From Strigamia acuminata (taxonomy: Eukaryota): a stretch of 64,000 bases of DNA. The stretch spans positions 28,334,001 to 28,398,000 of the forward strand of contig OX442314.1 in the NCBI GenBank assembly GCA_949358305.1. The letters run 5' to 3'. A model generated the notes under the pieces. The model saw nothing but the letters and a program-made list of their open reading frames with translations, was not told where the DNA came from and made no database searches. Position numbers and translations under genes: made by a program. Shown here in pieces: positions 50,201 through 60,100 of the stretch (position 1 is its first letter; each line of letters starts with the position of its first letter).

Positions 50201-52120
50201 GTTTCGTAGTTATTCCTAATTTACCGGTATTAATACTATAATTATTTGTATTTAACCGAATAAGGGGCCGTCCATAAATTACGTAACGCTCCAAGGGGTG
50301 GGAGGGGGTTTTAGATTTTGTTACGGGTCATTAGTAAGGGAAAGGGGGGGGGGTTCTGAATGATGTTACGGTTACGGTCCATGAAAAAAATTTTTTTTCA
50401 TGTTTTAAAATTGAAAATATACGCAGTTTTGAGACTCAATTTTGAAAATTTTTTGGGGGGTGATTTTAGTTTTATTACGTAATTAGGGGGGTGGGGGTTT
50501 GGGAATTTGTTACAGCCTTGTTACAGAGGGGGGGGAGGGGGTCTAAAATGCCCAAAATTGGCGTTACGTAATTTATAGACGGCCCCTAAAATATAATCTG
50601 TTCTGTTTTATATTTAACCAATTGTTTTATATGAGTATGCACACCAGGGGGTCCAGTTGTGGACAAGAGCAGGTGTGTGAATAATTTTCATTCCCCTTAC
50701 CATAAAAAAATTATGACATTATGTGCATGAATTTACTGCCATTTACTGTCATGTCCATGAATAAAATTGAACAATTCCGGTTCTACTAACACTTGTTCTG
50801 CATTGTTTTTTAATAATAACAATTTTTACAAGAATCTGAATACCGGTACTTATGATGACAACTGTATAAAATAACCGGACTCAAAAATCATTGGTCGAGC
50901 CAGTTTACTACTAACTCCAGACTGTAAACTACTACTAAGAGAAGTAGTTTTGATTTTTATTTATCTTTGAGATGGTTATGACTACTACAGTTAATGTAAT
51001 TTTGATTTTTCTTATTATAAAATGTTATTTCCATCATTTAAATGAAGTTTTACGCATATAAAAATGTCAAACTCATGTTTGTTATGTTTATTGGTTACTT
51101 CGTCTGGAATTTTGAATTTTTGGCTGTTGCCTAGGCAATCGATTACAATGTCTGTACATTGTAATGCAATTCTGGTGTTTGGGTCTACTTTTCCGGATCA
51201 CTACACCAGTAAACTGGCTCGACCAATGGGACTGTTGTTGATTTTTGAGTCCGGTTACAGGATGCTTCAGCATCGTACTAACCAATTTCCTGACATCCCA
51301 TACTTGCCCAGGAGATGGAATAATTCAGATAGAGCTCATGATTTAGTGTCTAAATTCATTTCTTGTTTTACACAAGAAAGGTCATTTGATGCTACTCTCT
51401 AACAGAGAAGCAAATCCTTATTGTTTCTTTCCCTGACCAACCGTTGCTAACGGAAAAATATGGAAGCTGCATGACGACATCAGTGATTGTATTGGTAGCA
51501 ATACTTGTACAAGCCTAACTTTTATCATTAAAAGCTAACAATTACTAGAACAATTTTATGTGGTGACAATACATAATATCAACATAATATCAACATAATA
51601 TCCCATCCGGTATTAATAAAATAATAAGATTAAATACCTGTCTTATCTTGACGTGCTGTAAATTGCTTGAAATGTTGCTTTTTATCCAAAAATCTGTATA
51701 ATTTTCAATTTTCACTGCTGCAGAAATCATTCCTCTCAGTGGCAAAACACAAACACGTAATGTTTCATACATAGAACCTTCTTTCATTATTTTCCAGTAT
51801 TCGGACAAAGATCCGGTATCGAGACCAAAGTACCTGAATTCTGGGTATGTCATTTCACCTATAGGAACATATTCAATTTCAACTTTGATATGTCCATCAA
51901 AATAGAATTGAATTCTTTCTATTGTTTGGTAACAACAAATGACGCCACAAACGATCAAAACAACGAACCAAACTGCCCGAACTAAACTACTCTTTTCTTT
52001 GTTTAAAACATTATCAATAAACTTCAAACTATCACAGCCGGACACTGAAGTTTGAATTTCTTGTTCCACAAAACGACGAACAAGACTACGACGAAAACGC
52101 AAACTTTCTAATTCTTTCAT
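38227..52120 (-). CDS. Double-domain DEG/ENaC gene, copy C; coding exons open, 7.26-kb copia in intron 9, solo LTR and MITEs in intron 1
   Basis: All 13 exons recognisable by homology to copy D (ORFs 51590-52120, 48917-49117, 48123-48308, 47371-48012, 38222-38665) with splice sites retained. N-terminus is diverged (MKELESLRFRRS). Last exon is shortened to AI-stop. Confidence 0.78.
39954..39971 (+). promoter_or_regulatory. Primer-binding site complementary to the 3' end of initiator tRNA-Met
   Basis: TGGTAGCAGAGGGTGGTT just after the 5' LTR. Animal tRNA-iMet ends in CUCUGCUACCA. Confidence 0.88.
40857..45920 (+). CDS. Copia Gag-Pol polyprotein (about 1687 aa): Gag, CCHC knuckle, protease, integrase, MBD, RT, RNase H
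   Basis: CFNCDQMGHYANRC; WIVDCGATDH; WHSRLGH; HMDLW..SDRGGEF..AER; WRREEHLRK..RTDVYYF..GIRLRS (MBD-like); LDIKCAYL..YVDD; TDASW..EAE..ADIFTK. Uninterrupted. Confidence 0.96.
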   Translation: MKKASELSGGTVPVLTVGNYESWQRSMRMLLKSEGLWRHVTEEKEAEHLATLNEKEKDRYAVKKDKALGHIYIHVSEAKRSALDACNTPKQAWDKLATIYAPSSRARRAAMRWEFLSLQLKPGEDMPDFIGRVDHFVQQLKDVGENVSEEHHSFQYLKGLPPEYSQATFAVYHWPDANFTPTKVAEQLLSEQMRLKAMGLTNQPSAHTSKGQFRQRNQSRGPRDLSKIKCFNCDQMGHYANRCPQPPRGDGNQSTASVQRSSRSKSRRRNKNAAAKVEDNRPRGSSRPKREGTFFCSAPQIIERPTVHFMQSNEWIVDCGATDHVSHVRDWFTDFSNIQPFDIALGQGKSQVTGRGTVQLLTSVDGADCTINLKNVLFAPNFEANLISVSKIDKTNHHVHFFNGEVNVYQTDFRSPIIRARERGGLYYLDGLCSTHLVTPTVSTITQPPVQISLQPVQTLVTTEVDFDNVPKPKKGKSKLREISDFRITLPAIEPAKQMPVQQTPNPPLPAQVTIPPPTQKNPNIQSYVDILKSLPHAFLPSETSNPKQKVVANPTTVKDATGLWHSRLGHLHTNAMKLLAANEQVHGMEPAEVRQELACNDCRIAKSTRASHKPDPHPMTSKPLDLLHMDLWGPAPITSLGGSDYVFTIIDDATRYTWIFPLTHKSQTFAAFKDFVARVERVQNTTVKAIRSDRGGEFMSNEFLHYLQEKGIQGQRTNPASPQMNGTAERINRTMADSVRSIISETKLPDALWAELAVTFGYIKNRSPHSRLKHQVPYILWRQRDLSLRHLRKIGSKCWVHYTAPGRKKLEARAWEGYLVGYATSTRGYRVWNPVEDRVYESIHVKIDEHQSYRKSLRGSTQRPDETFLENGNGQQSVSFDDNVRYHRWPKGSDSDRSDNSDNDDDNGNDNQTSTSASMHTPLVYLPPPTTPEQRLLDACALELPSSASLRQSQSYPILWIPPDEDDTDADINKIDELSIYPGTSEFTGTSPEQSPCQTPPPSPARSHRQTPPTSPDRSHHQSEASAGQLAHQSPPGSPARYITYRRKGRGADSGSHTVPVFDDTPMSPAPIPPITGTEVPAATERHTAHMWRLVGGNSECSNWRREEHLRKDQVPGKIRTDVYYFPMPGIRLRSPKDIEEYCMLNNIDYEPELFTFRNIEYTLPIIPGPQHAAHLCRTEPASYAEIPKFTDAPKWREAIDEELGTFVEREVYVEVPRPPNTTILGCKWIFKLKTDVTGTITRYRARLVAQGFRQTLGVDYDEVFSPVVNFVLIRLFFCLLVVLRGWKDAHLDIKCAYLYGELKHKVYMRIPAGATCSDPNNVWLLVKSLYGLHQSGRQWFEKLDEALRDLGFKKMPACNCVYTFGNSAVMLIYVDDIVLFYASDSIFSQLLALISSKFQIVNLGPITRLLGVEFIRDAGRTFITQRAYIAKLVKKFGIATNNRIKVPVTPGTTLVRGSTENLADFPYRSLIGSLLFLASRTRPDILYSVIALAQFNTCYNQTHIRALLQVMQYVANTADLCIELSGCTSSQLWAFTDASWASDPETSLSFGGYITYVGNVPIGWSCRKQSTVACSTMEAEFIALVECVKELYWLNHVYTQFPALNRLSRPVVYSDALASIQFTSNDVENSKTRHIRVRYHWLREWFTAGRFDLRKVESEFNVADIFTKWLSSERLRSLIANIFRS
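49563..49961. mobile_element. PIF/Harbinger-like MITE
   Basis: TIR GGGGCCGTCCATAAATTACGTAACGC, TSD TAA. Confidence 0.9.
50264..50586. mobile_element. PIF/Harbinger-like MITE, second copy
   Basis: Same TIR with one mismatch, TSD TAA. Confidence 0.9.
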
Positions 52121-52444
52121 TTTGTTGTGACTATTAACTAAACGTGTCCTCTTGTTAAGTAGAGTTTACTGACTAAAAGTGTAAGGAGCAGCAAGAGAGG
52201 AAAAAAAACTTCAAAATGGCAAATGCAGACAAAGATATCAGTTGGCTTTTCAAAAAATTGCTAAATTGATCGAGAAAACGTCAAAGCTTGTTTCAAAATT
52301 GAAAATGTAGGAAAAACTGGCAAAACTTAAAAAAAAATTGTATTTACCGTTTTCAGTGTGTACAGTAGTTTGACGCGAGAAGTCTAATCATACAGACAGG
52401 TGCTAACAACTTTTGCTGCAAAAAGTATGGATTAACTGTCTGTA

Positions 52445-52522
52445 ACTATCATTGCCTGACAGTGAAGTTTGCATTTCTTGCCGTACAAAACGACGAAGCC
52501 TAAGAGCTTGCACCACAGTCAT
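52445..52522 (-). pseudogene. Truncated extra copy of the exon-1 start of the DEG/ENaC gene
   Basis: Reads MTVVQALRLRR-FVRQEMQTSLSGNDS. The sequence upstream (52523 to about 52740) resembles the upstream flank of copy D (62666 to about 62870). Confidence 0.75.
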
Positions 52523-53146
52523 TTTGCATCAAATTCTATCGTGGTAATGACGCACCTTCGACACCTAGCTGAACTCGTGTCTCTGCAAAAATACAATTTT
52601 TAATTAAAATTTATAATTTTTATATGAAAATCCAGTATCGGATCGCCACTCCCCATGTGACAGTCAGAAAACAAATTCAATAAATTTCAATTAGTTTCAG
52701 CGAGACTGCGAGAGTATACCGGTATGTAATTTAGGTCTTGGTCGGTTGTTTACGAAAAATTTAAATTAAAAATGGAATCTATTTTCATTAATTTTCATAT
52801 TCAATTTCTATGAAAATAAATAATAATTAAAAAGCACAAGCGCATAATTTTAATAAGTAATTTCAATTTTTAAATTTTGTCACAAACATTGGTGATGATA
52901 ATTATACTGCAGCAAGTTATGAAAATAAATTGAAAAAATTGGTTGGTTGTTTACGAGAAATTTACATTAAAAATGGAATCAATTTACATTAATTTTCAAT
53001 GAACATAAATAATAATTAAAAAGTCCCAATGCATAATTTATATAACTTATTTCAATGTTTAATTTAAATTTTGTCCCGAACATTGATAATTATAGTGCAG
53101 CACGTTATTTAAATAAATTGAAAAAATTATTGAGTTTGTGACTGCT

Positions 53147-53880
53147 TGTGGTGACCCTGAAGTGTTTTTATTTATTTATTAAATAAATGTATCACCACTT
53201 AAGAAATTGTATATTTTTATTTCATTTTGGTTTGGCAAATGCCAAACCAAGTCATGTGATTAGAGGGAGAAAACTCCCCAAGCACATTTCACCCCAATTT
53301 GGCTGGGGTGAACCGTTAATTAACCGTCTTGGTGCAACAAATCCTTTGTTGCACCATATTGAGGTAATTACGCAGATTTACTGCACAAATCCGAAGTGTG
53401 CTAGGATTGCATTTTGCAAAATTGGCTCACTCTTGAATCGAACACCAAACCAAAAACAGACCTTGTCATTGCTTTGATTCGGGACTTCTGCTTTCTTTGT
53501 GCCACTTGCATAAAGACAGCACTTGGATTTGCCACTGTTGTGTGCATTCGTCTTGAACCATCGCCGTCGCAGGAGCCACCGTGATTTCATCCAGAGTTTC
53601 TGCCATCGCCGTCGCAGGAGCCACCGTGATTTCATCCAGAGTTTCTGCCATCGCCATCGTACGAACGAGAGTGAGGAGAAGACATCGTCGCCATTTTCGT
53701 GCAGCAACCAGCCGTTGTTGCGTATCACGTATCGTTTTTTCATTGTTCTCTTTTTCCTACCTATTTATCCCTAGTTCAGTGTTTCATTTAATCTCCCTTG
53801 CGTGTGCTTCACACTGTTTGTCACACGCGCAGCCCACGTTCGTTGCCGCTGTCACGAACCACCGTTGAGCGTGCCCGCAC
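53147..53880 (+). mobile_element. Truncated LTR of the same family, with an internal 45-bp tandem duplication
   Basis: Starts TGTGGTGACCCTGA and shares ttggtttggca..gccaa and tggtgcaa..ttgcacca motifs. 45-bp duplication near 53560-53655. Right boundary approximate. Confidence 0.7.
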
Positions 53881-54911
53881 ACAATTAGAGGATTAACAGT
53901 CCATGTGTCCGAAAAAATAAAGCTACTGCATACATACACCAACAACTCGAAATTATTAGTTTAGTAGATACTGAAGATGGGGTTAACTTGGTTTATGATA
54001 CTTTATGAAATAATAATCATATTTTCAGAGCAGAGTGTTATGTTATAGGGCAGTGCTTCTCAAAATGTGGTCTGCAAGGCAACAGGCTAGTGGTTCGAAA
54101 TAAGCTTGGTAAAAGAAGCCAGGTGATTAATTACAAAGTTAAGAAAACCCCATTTAATCTCGTACACTCTAAATTGCAAAAAAATTGGGTATGTTTGAAA
54201 TAATATTACCTAGTCCAACAAAATTTCACAACAACTGAATGCGATAGAACATTCGGACAAAAAATATAAAATATCTTTTTTGGGCCTAAAAAGTAGAGGT
54301 TTGTACATAGAATTGCTTTTTTGGGGCTAAAAAGTACAGCCTTGTACATAAAATTTATCTTTTGGGTCTAAAAAGAACAGGTTTGTAAGCTTACATAAAA
54401 ATTCACAGTTGGCAGTGTAGAAATGCTGCGAAAAAATCAACGTTACATTAATTTTAACGAGTTCCAATATATAATTTAGTTCGTGATCAGTTTTTAATGA
54501 AAAATTTAAATTAAAAATTTATTTTTTTGTGAATAAATAATAATAATAATAATAATAATGAGCAAAAGTGCAAACTTTGAAAATATTAATTTAGTTATTG
54601 ATTAAATTTTACTCACAAGCAGCGGCATGAATCAGAAAAGCGCAGAAACGTTCATCACTTAAAAGCACAAAAACACCCCAAATTCAAGAGCGGTGCGGCT
54701 GCCCCGTGTGAGTTATTTATTCTTTCTCTTCTCTGTGGAGACTTCCATAGCACGAAGGATGCCGATCGCGACGGCAAGAAATCAAACATGGCGCATATTT
54801 TTATTTACTGCACTTTCGTGGCATTTGTTTCGAGGGTATGCCAAAAACACATGCTGATACATATGCTGAGCATGCGCAATGACATTCCCACGTTTCCCTT
54901 TTTGATGCATT

Positions 54912-56217
54912 TGTTGCGATCCGGGAATTTATTCACGAAATACTTACCTTGTTCGTGAATATCTCGCAATTGAGATGCCGTTTATAGGCCTTATACTCGG
55001 CTGCCTGTAAAATGGTGTCTAGGGGTATTTTTATGAAAGGAAAACAGCAGTTGAACTGAGTAAAAATGACAAATAGATTTTATTTGGTCTAAAATTACAG
55101 GATAATTTTGAGAAATATAATAACTGAATTTATTATAGACTTAGCGGTTAAAATCAAGAAGAATAAATGAGGAAGAGTTGGAAATGATACGAGTGAGCGG
55201 CAAGACTCACTCGAAACAAAGGAAAGGCGCTAACAACGACGGTTAATCGTTGAGCGCGAATATTTGGCACGCAACAAACGGCCGTTTGTTGCGCTGGAAA
55301 AATGGCGAGTCAGACTCGCCTGAGAAATTATTCTCGTTCGTACGATGGCTTTTATCTGTGAACTCCGGAGGAAGCTCGCGGTGGTTCACAGATTCGGCGA
55401 TGGTTCACGGCGAGAGTTTTGCAGGTGTCGACGACGGCGTGCCCGGAACAAGTCACGGAGCACACGATAATCAACAACGAGCGGTACAAATCTCCTTTAC
55501 TCGTTCGATGGCGATCAACTGTAAACTCCGGAGGAAGCTCGCGGTGGTTTACAGTCTTCTCACGATGGTGCACGAGCAACGGTTTGCTCGATCGGCGATG
55601 GCGAATCTATAGGAGACTCAGCGATGGCCGACGGTGAGCGGTTTTTCTCGGGCGTTACCCGAGATTCGTAGTCAGAGGTCAAATGTGGCTGGTTCCACCC
55701 ATAAAACGGTGGAAACAGCAGAATCTCAACTCACCAAAACGTGTAACACGGTCAGCACTAGAATCTTTTTGTTTGAAGTTCTCAGCGATGATCATTTGTG
55801 TTGTTGTTGTTGGTGTGTGTGTGTCAAGAGTGAGCCAAACCGCCAAAATTTGGGGTTTTATGCACTCTCGAAATCTGCGCACCAAATATGCGCAGAGTGT
55901 TGATTTTGGTGCAATACAGGATGTATTACATCACCATCATCACTCTGATGTAATGCTTTGGCCCAAAGAGGGTAAAGTGTGCCTGGGGGATTTCCGCTCC
56001 CAAGTGTAGCAATTCTGCACCTGCAGGCCTGGCACACTTTGGATTTTCCCCAAATAGGGGTGAAAATATGAGAGGGCAGTTCTCCTCTCCTCATTATGTA
56101 ATTTGGTTTGGCGTGCGCCAAACCAAAATAAAATGAAAATATACAATTTCTTCCGTGGTGACTATTTATTTAATAAAAGCACACAAAATTACTAAATAAC
56201 GACTCAGGGTCACCACA
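54912..56217 (-). mobile_element. Solo LTR (1306 bp), same family as 32317-33258
   Basis: On minus, TGTGGTGACCCTGA..CCCGGATCGCAACA, with 4-bp TSD CATT. Confidence 0.85.
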
Positions 56218-57161
56218 CATTTTATCAGCAGTTCCTCTCTATTCTGAGCCCTCCTAATCGCGCAACTAGCGATTTAGTTCGTAAACCACCTACTGTGAAA
56301 AGAATTTCAAAACAGAATTAAGTTTGAAGTTTTTATTTGTCTGAAAGTGCGCCTAGAGCCTAGGAATAAAATGTATTCTATCTTTTTAATTATATCGGTT
56401 CCACAAGTGCCATATTATTGTACTAAGTAGAATAATTAAAGGAAAGTGATTACAATTTTTAAAAGCTCATTTCAATTATCACAAATTGTGAATATTTCAA
56501 AATGAAAGAGTAAACTTATTCAATAAATAGTTAAAGATTAGCATAAATGTAATGTTACAAACAAACATTCAGTACATCGAAATTGATCAAGTAAACAACG
56601 TTTTTAAGTCAATGAACAGAAGAAGAAAATTCAATCAAAAGATGAAGAAATAACATATGGAAATATACAAGTTGATAATTAATAAGCATTCAATGGAATT
56701 ACTAGGTGCATTCAGATTGGTTAAGCAAATACTTGAAGTTTCTTACTTTCATGAATAAAAAGGTAAGTTTAAAGACAATTACTGACAAGACCCCTTGCTT
56801 AAAGTCAATCAACATAAATGGACTAACTTAAGCAAAATATGATGTAAAAAACACCATATCCGGATATAAAAAACGAAGTTATCAACTGAGGGCAGTCAAG
56901 CAGATTTTTCTGAACCAATTTGAACTACTAAAATTTTAAATGTTTAGACAAGCATTAAAATTCTAAAAGTTTCTCTAAATATTAAACAGTTTAAACAACA
57001 TTCTAGTTTTATAGACATAATTCAGTGAAGGGTCCCTACTTCAATAATAGTGTGTTGTACTAAAAATATAGTTATTTCTACATACAGATTGTTTCAGTCA
57101 GTGAAACTACTAGATTAACAGTGTGTAAATAATTGATAATTAATAATTGGAGAGCAGAATT

Positions 57162-60100
57162 TTACGTAACTTCAGATTTGATGCACTGAATTAATATTTT
57201 TGAATTAGGTTTTTTTAACTCGAGAATATGATGGGAGATGTGCTTTTATATTTATTCCGAGTACCATAAACTGATTTAGTATCTTTTGCAATAATTCTGG
57301 AATTGCAAGAATTGAAAGGCCGAGCATTAATGCAAAAGAATTTCCAATATCGCAACACAATGCAACTGCAGTGTAGGATAATATTTGTGTAATCTGTTCA
57401 ATTATGTTATTCATTGGAATTAAACCAACAACCTTGAATGGAAATGCTTCAGGATGTTGAAAATAAACATAAGTGTTAAATATTTGTTCTTCACAAGGAG
57501 GATGACATCCACAGTCTTTCGTTATGTCAACTTTTAAGGAATTCTTCATGAATAGTTGTAATGAAAAAATTGCTTCTTCAGCATTTGCACAGGTATTATT
57601 TGTTACATTATCCAAAAATGGTAGCCTAAAATTACAAAGACTAATTACAACACAGTGCAGTAACTCGTAGTGTCACCTCCTTCGACATTCCCCATGGACC
57701 TCCTCCGAGTCCTCTTGTACCTGTTCATACAGAATCTTTAGTAATGTTTGTAAATTTAGATTCTAAATTGACCAAAAACTTAAAAAAATATATAATTTCA
57801 GATAGACACACGACAGTCTTATTTTGCATTCTGATGTCACCCTGATTGATGGTCTAATCCAGTGCAGTCCGCACTCCCTGAACTCTGGTAAAGAATTTTT
57901 ATTTCTAACTCTAGAACTCTTAGATTTTGAGGGCCCAAGTAGCAATATTCAAATCTGTGAAGAATTACGACTCACTTGCATCGAACAAAATTATAAATCA
58001 TTTTTTTATAACAATCTTCCTGGCACTGTTTGTATTTGTCATGGTCAAGACAAGGTTGTGCTCGTAAATTTAATCGAACGGTCTAAAAAAAAGCAAATGT
58101 TTCAGAGTTTATATGTAATAAACTGATGTATTACTTTAATCATTTGAAATGTACTAATGACAAAGGTGTTATCTACAACACTTCTTCTACTTCTGAGAAT
58201 TGATGGTATTTTAGCATCATTTAGTCGAAAGTATATCTACAAAAGAAATTATGATTAACTACAATTTCAACATTTTCACATGTAACTAAACACAACCACA
58301 GTACAAGCAGTTCGTCTGGGCAATTTACACCTCTGAACCCATCCATCTAAGCAGTTTACCATTAACCATGACTTTCCTTAAACGTACATTACGTTACGTT
58401 TTCCACATACTCTCAGTAGTCAAAAATATTATAAAGAACAGTCACCATAACCAATCTGTATTGAAAGACTAGTACACAATTGATCAACAGCAGAAAAGTT
58501 GGCACGCTAATGTGTTTAGTCTTGTAGTCCGTTTTATTGTTTAGAGAGATTAAGACCTGGAATTTCAGATATTAGTAGATACTATTCTACCAGATTTTTT
58601 GAATTTAATATTCAAACTTTTTATTGTCAATTTTACCATATGGAATACTTAAAATTTAAAAAATTTAAAATTTACGATTTTCTAGTTCTCTTTTAACTGA
58701 ATTGTAGCTGAATATTGGTAGAATGTAGAATGATATCTTAACACCATGATTCATTCCTTTATTTTATCTTTAAAAAATTGTATGAAAATTGATCATGGCA
58801 TAAAATAAGTTTTGACCAATATTTCATGTATTAGGCAAGGAGTTGTAGATTACTTCATACTCATGCTGATTACATATTTGATCTTTCACTGGTTGTAGAC
58901 TAAAAAATATTATTGAGGCAGCTCCGGCATATTTCAGTGGTGCTGCAACAAGATAATGCTCGTATTAATATTTCATGTACAATTTATATAAAACGACAAG
59001 TTATGTACCGATGTCAGATTGAAAGCAAGTTCCAGTTGGCATAGCTATTTTACTCCATGTTACATTACTTCTTACTCCAGTAGCCTGCAAAAACATTTAT
59101 GATCAACTATAATCAACCTACATTACGTTTGATATATAGCAGATCCTCAATTTACGAACATCCAAAATTTCAGAAATACCAACTACAAATTAGTTTACGT
59201 TGTTGGCACTAGGATAAGCGCAAAACTCACGCTCTTATTGTTGTTTAATATAAACCATTTATTTATTTATAATAGACAAAAATCATAAAAACAATATGAT
59301 TCAAGAATGTATTCTTTAATTACTGGGGTGAACAATTTTTTCACTTTGTACATCCTTGACCTAAGAACAAGTTCTTGCAACAGTACTTGTTCGAAAGTTG
59401 AGGACCTGCTGTGTATATGCAGAATGCTGGGTGCATTCGTACTCAATCCTTGATATTGGCGCCATCTTACAAACACTGGTAACAATACTGTTTAATTGAC
59501 ATACAATAACAACTAAATACATTTTTGAGTGATATTTGTCATTACTGCTCTAAATTTTATTTGGTTAATAAACCTTTCGTGATTGGACGATACGTTATGT
59601 GTATCATAATGGGTCCACACCTGCGTAACATCGCGATTTTGAAGCACGTTTCCGCTATGTTATACAGATGTGAACCCATCTTTAGCGAAATTCTTACGAA
59701 AGTAGCAGCTTTCATTGCTACTTTATCCATCACAGGCGTTTGGAATCGCCACACATCTTCTATTGACGGTTTTTTGTTGTCGATAGTCATGTTCATTAAA
59801 TTGATAAAATGAATCTTGCATTCATTCTTGCCAATTTCATTAGCATATTTCCTCCTTTTCGTAGTCATGTAGGGTCCATCCATACATGCAATTAAATTAG
59901 GTAAATACAATGTGTAATTTTCTTGAATAATTACCACATATCTTGTTGGCTCACTCATATATAATGCGATTCTTTCTTTGCTCACATAAACTGCCAAATT
60001 TGCAGAAGTAACTATAAGAATTAAATTCAATGTAGATTGCAGTAGAAGTTTTTTTTGTGGCCGCTGCATCACACTTTGAGAAACGTCTTTCTTTTTGTCG

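Larger units (their letters stand above)
49094..50640 (+). mobile_element. Decayed LTR of the same family in intron 1 of copy C
   Basis: Motifs tggcttggcacatgccaa and ttggtgcaac..gttgcacca. Absent from copy D. Boundaries approximate. Confidence 0.6.

Noticed and set aside
54051..54400. hAT-like end CAGTGCTTCTCAAA plus three repeats of about 45 bp
   Set aside because: No matching second terminus or TSD found.
53147..56217. One 3-kb element with inverted termini
   Set aside because: No shared TSD. The right part has its own TSD (CATT at 54908 and 56218), so these are two separate LTRs in opposite orientation.
59557..59697. Coding extension of exon 7 shown in the ORF track
   Set aside because: Follows a conserved GTAAG donor, and frames and stops differ among paralogs, so it is intronic.
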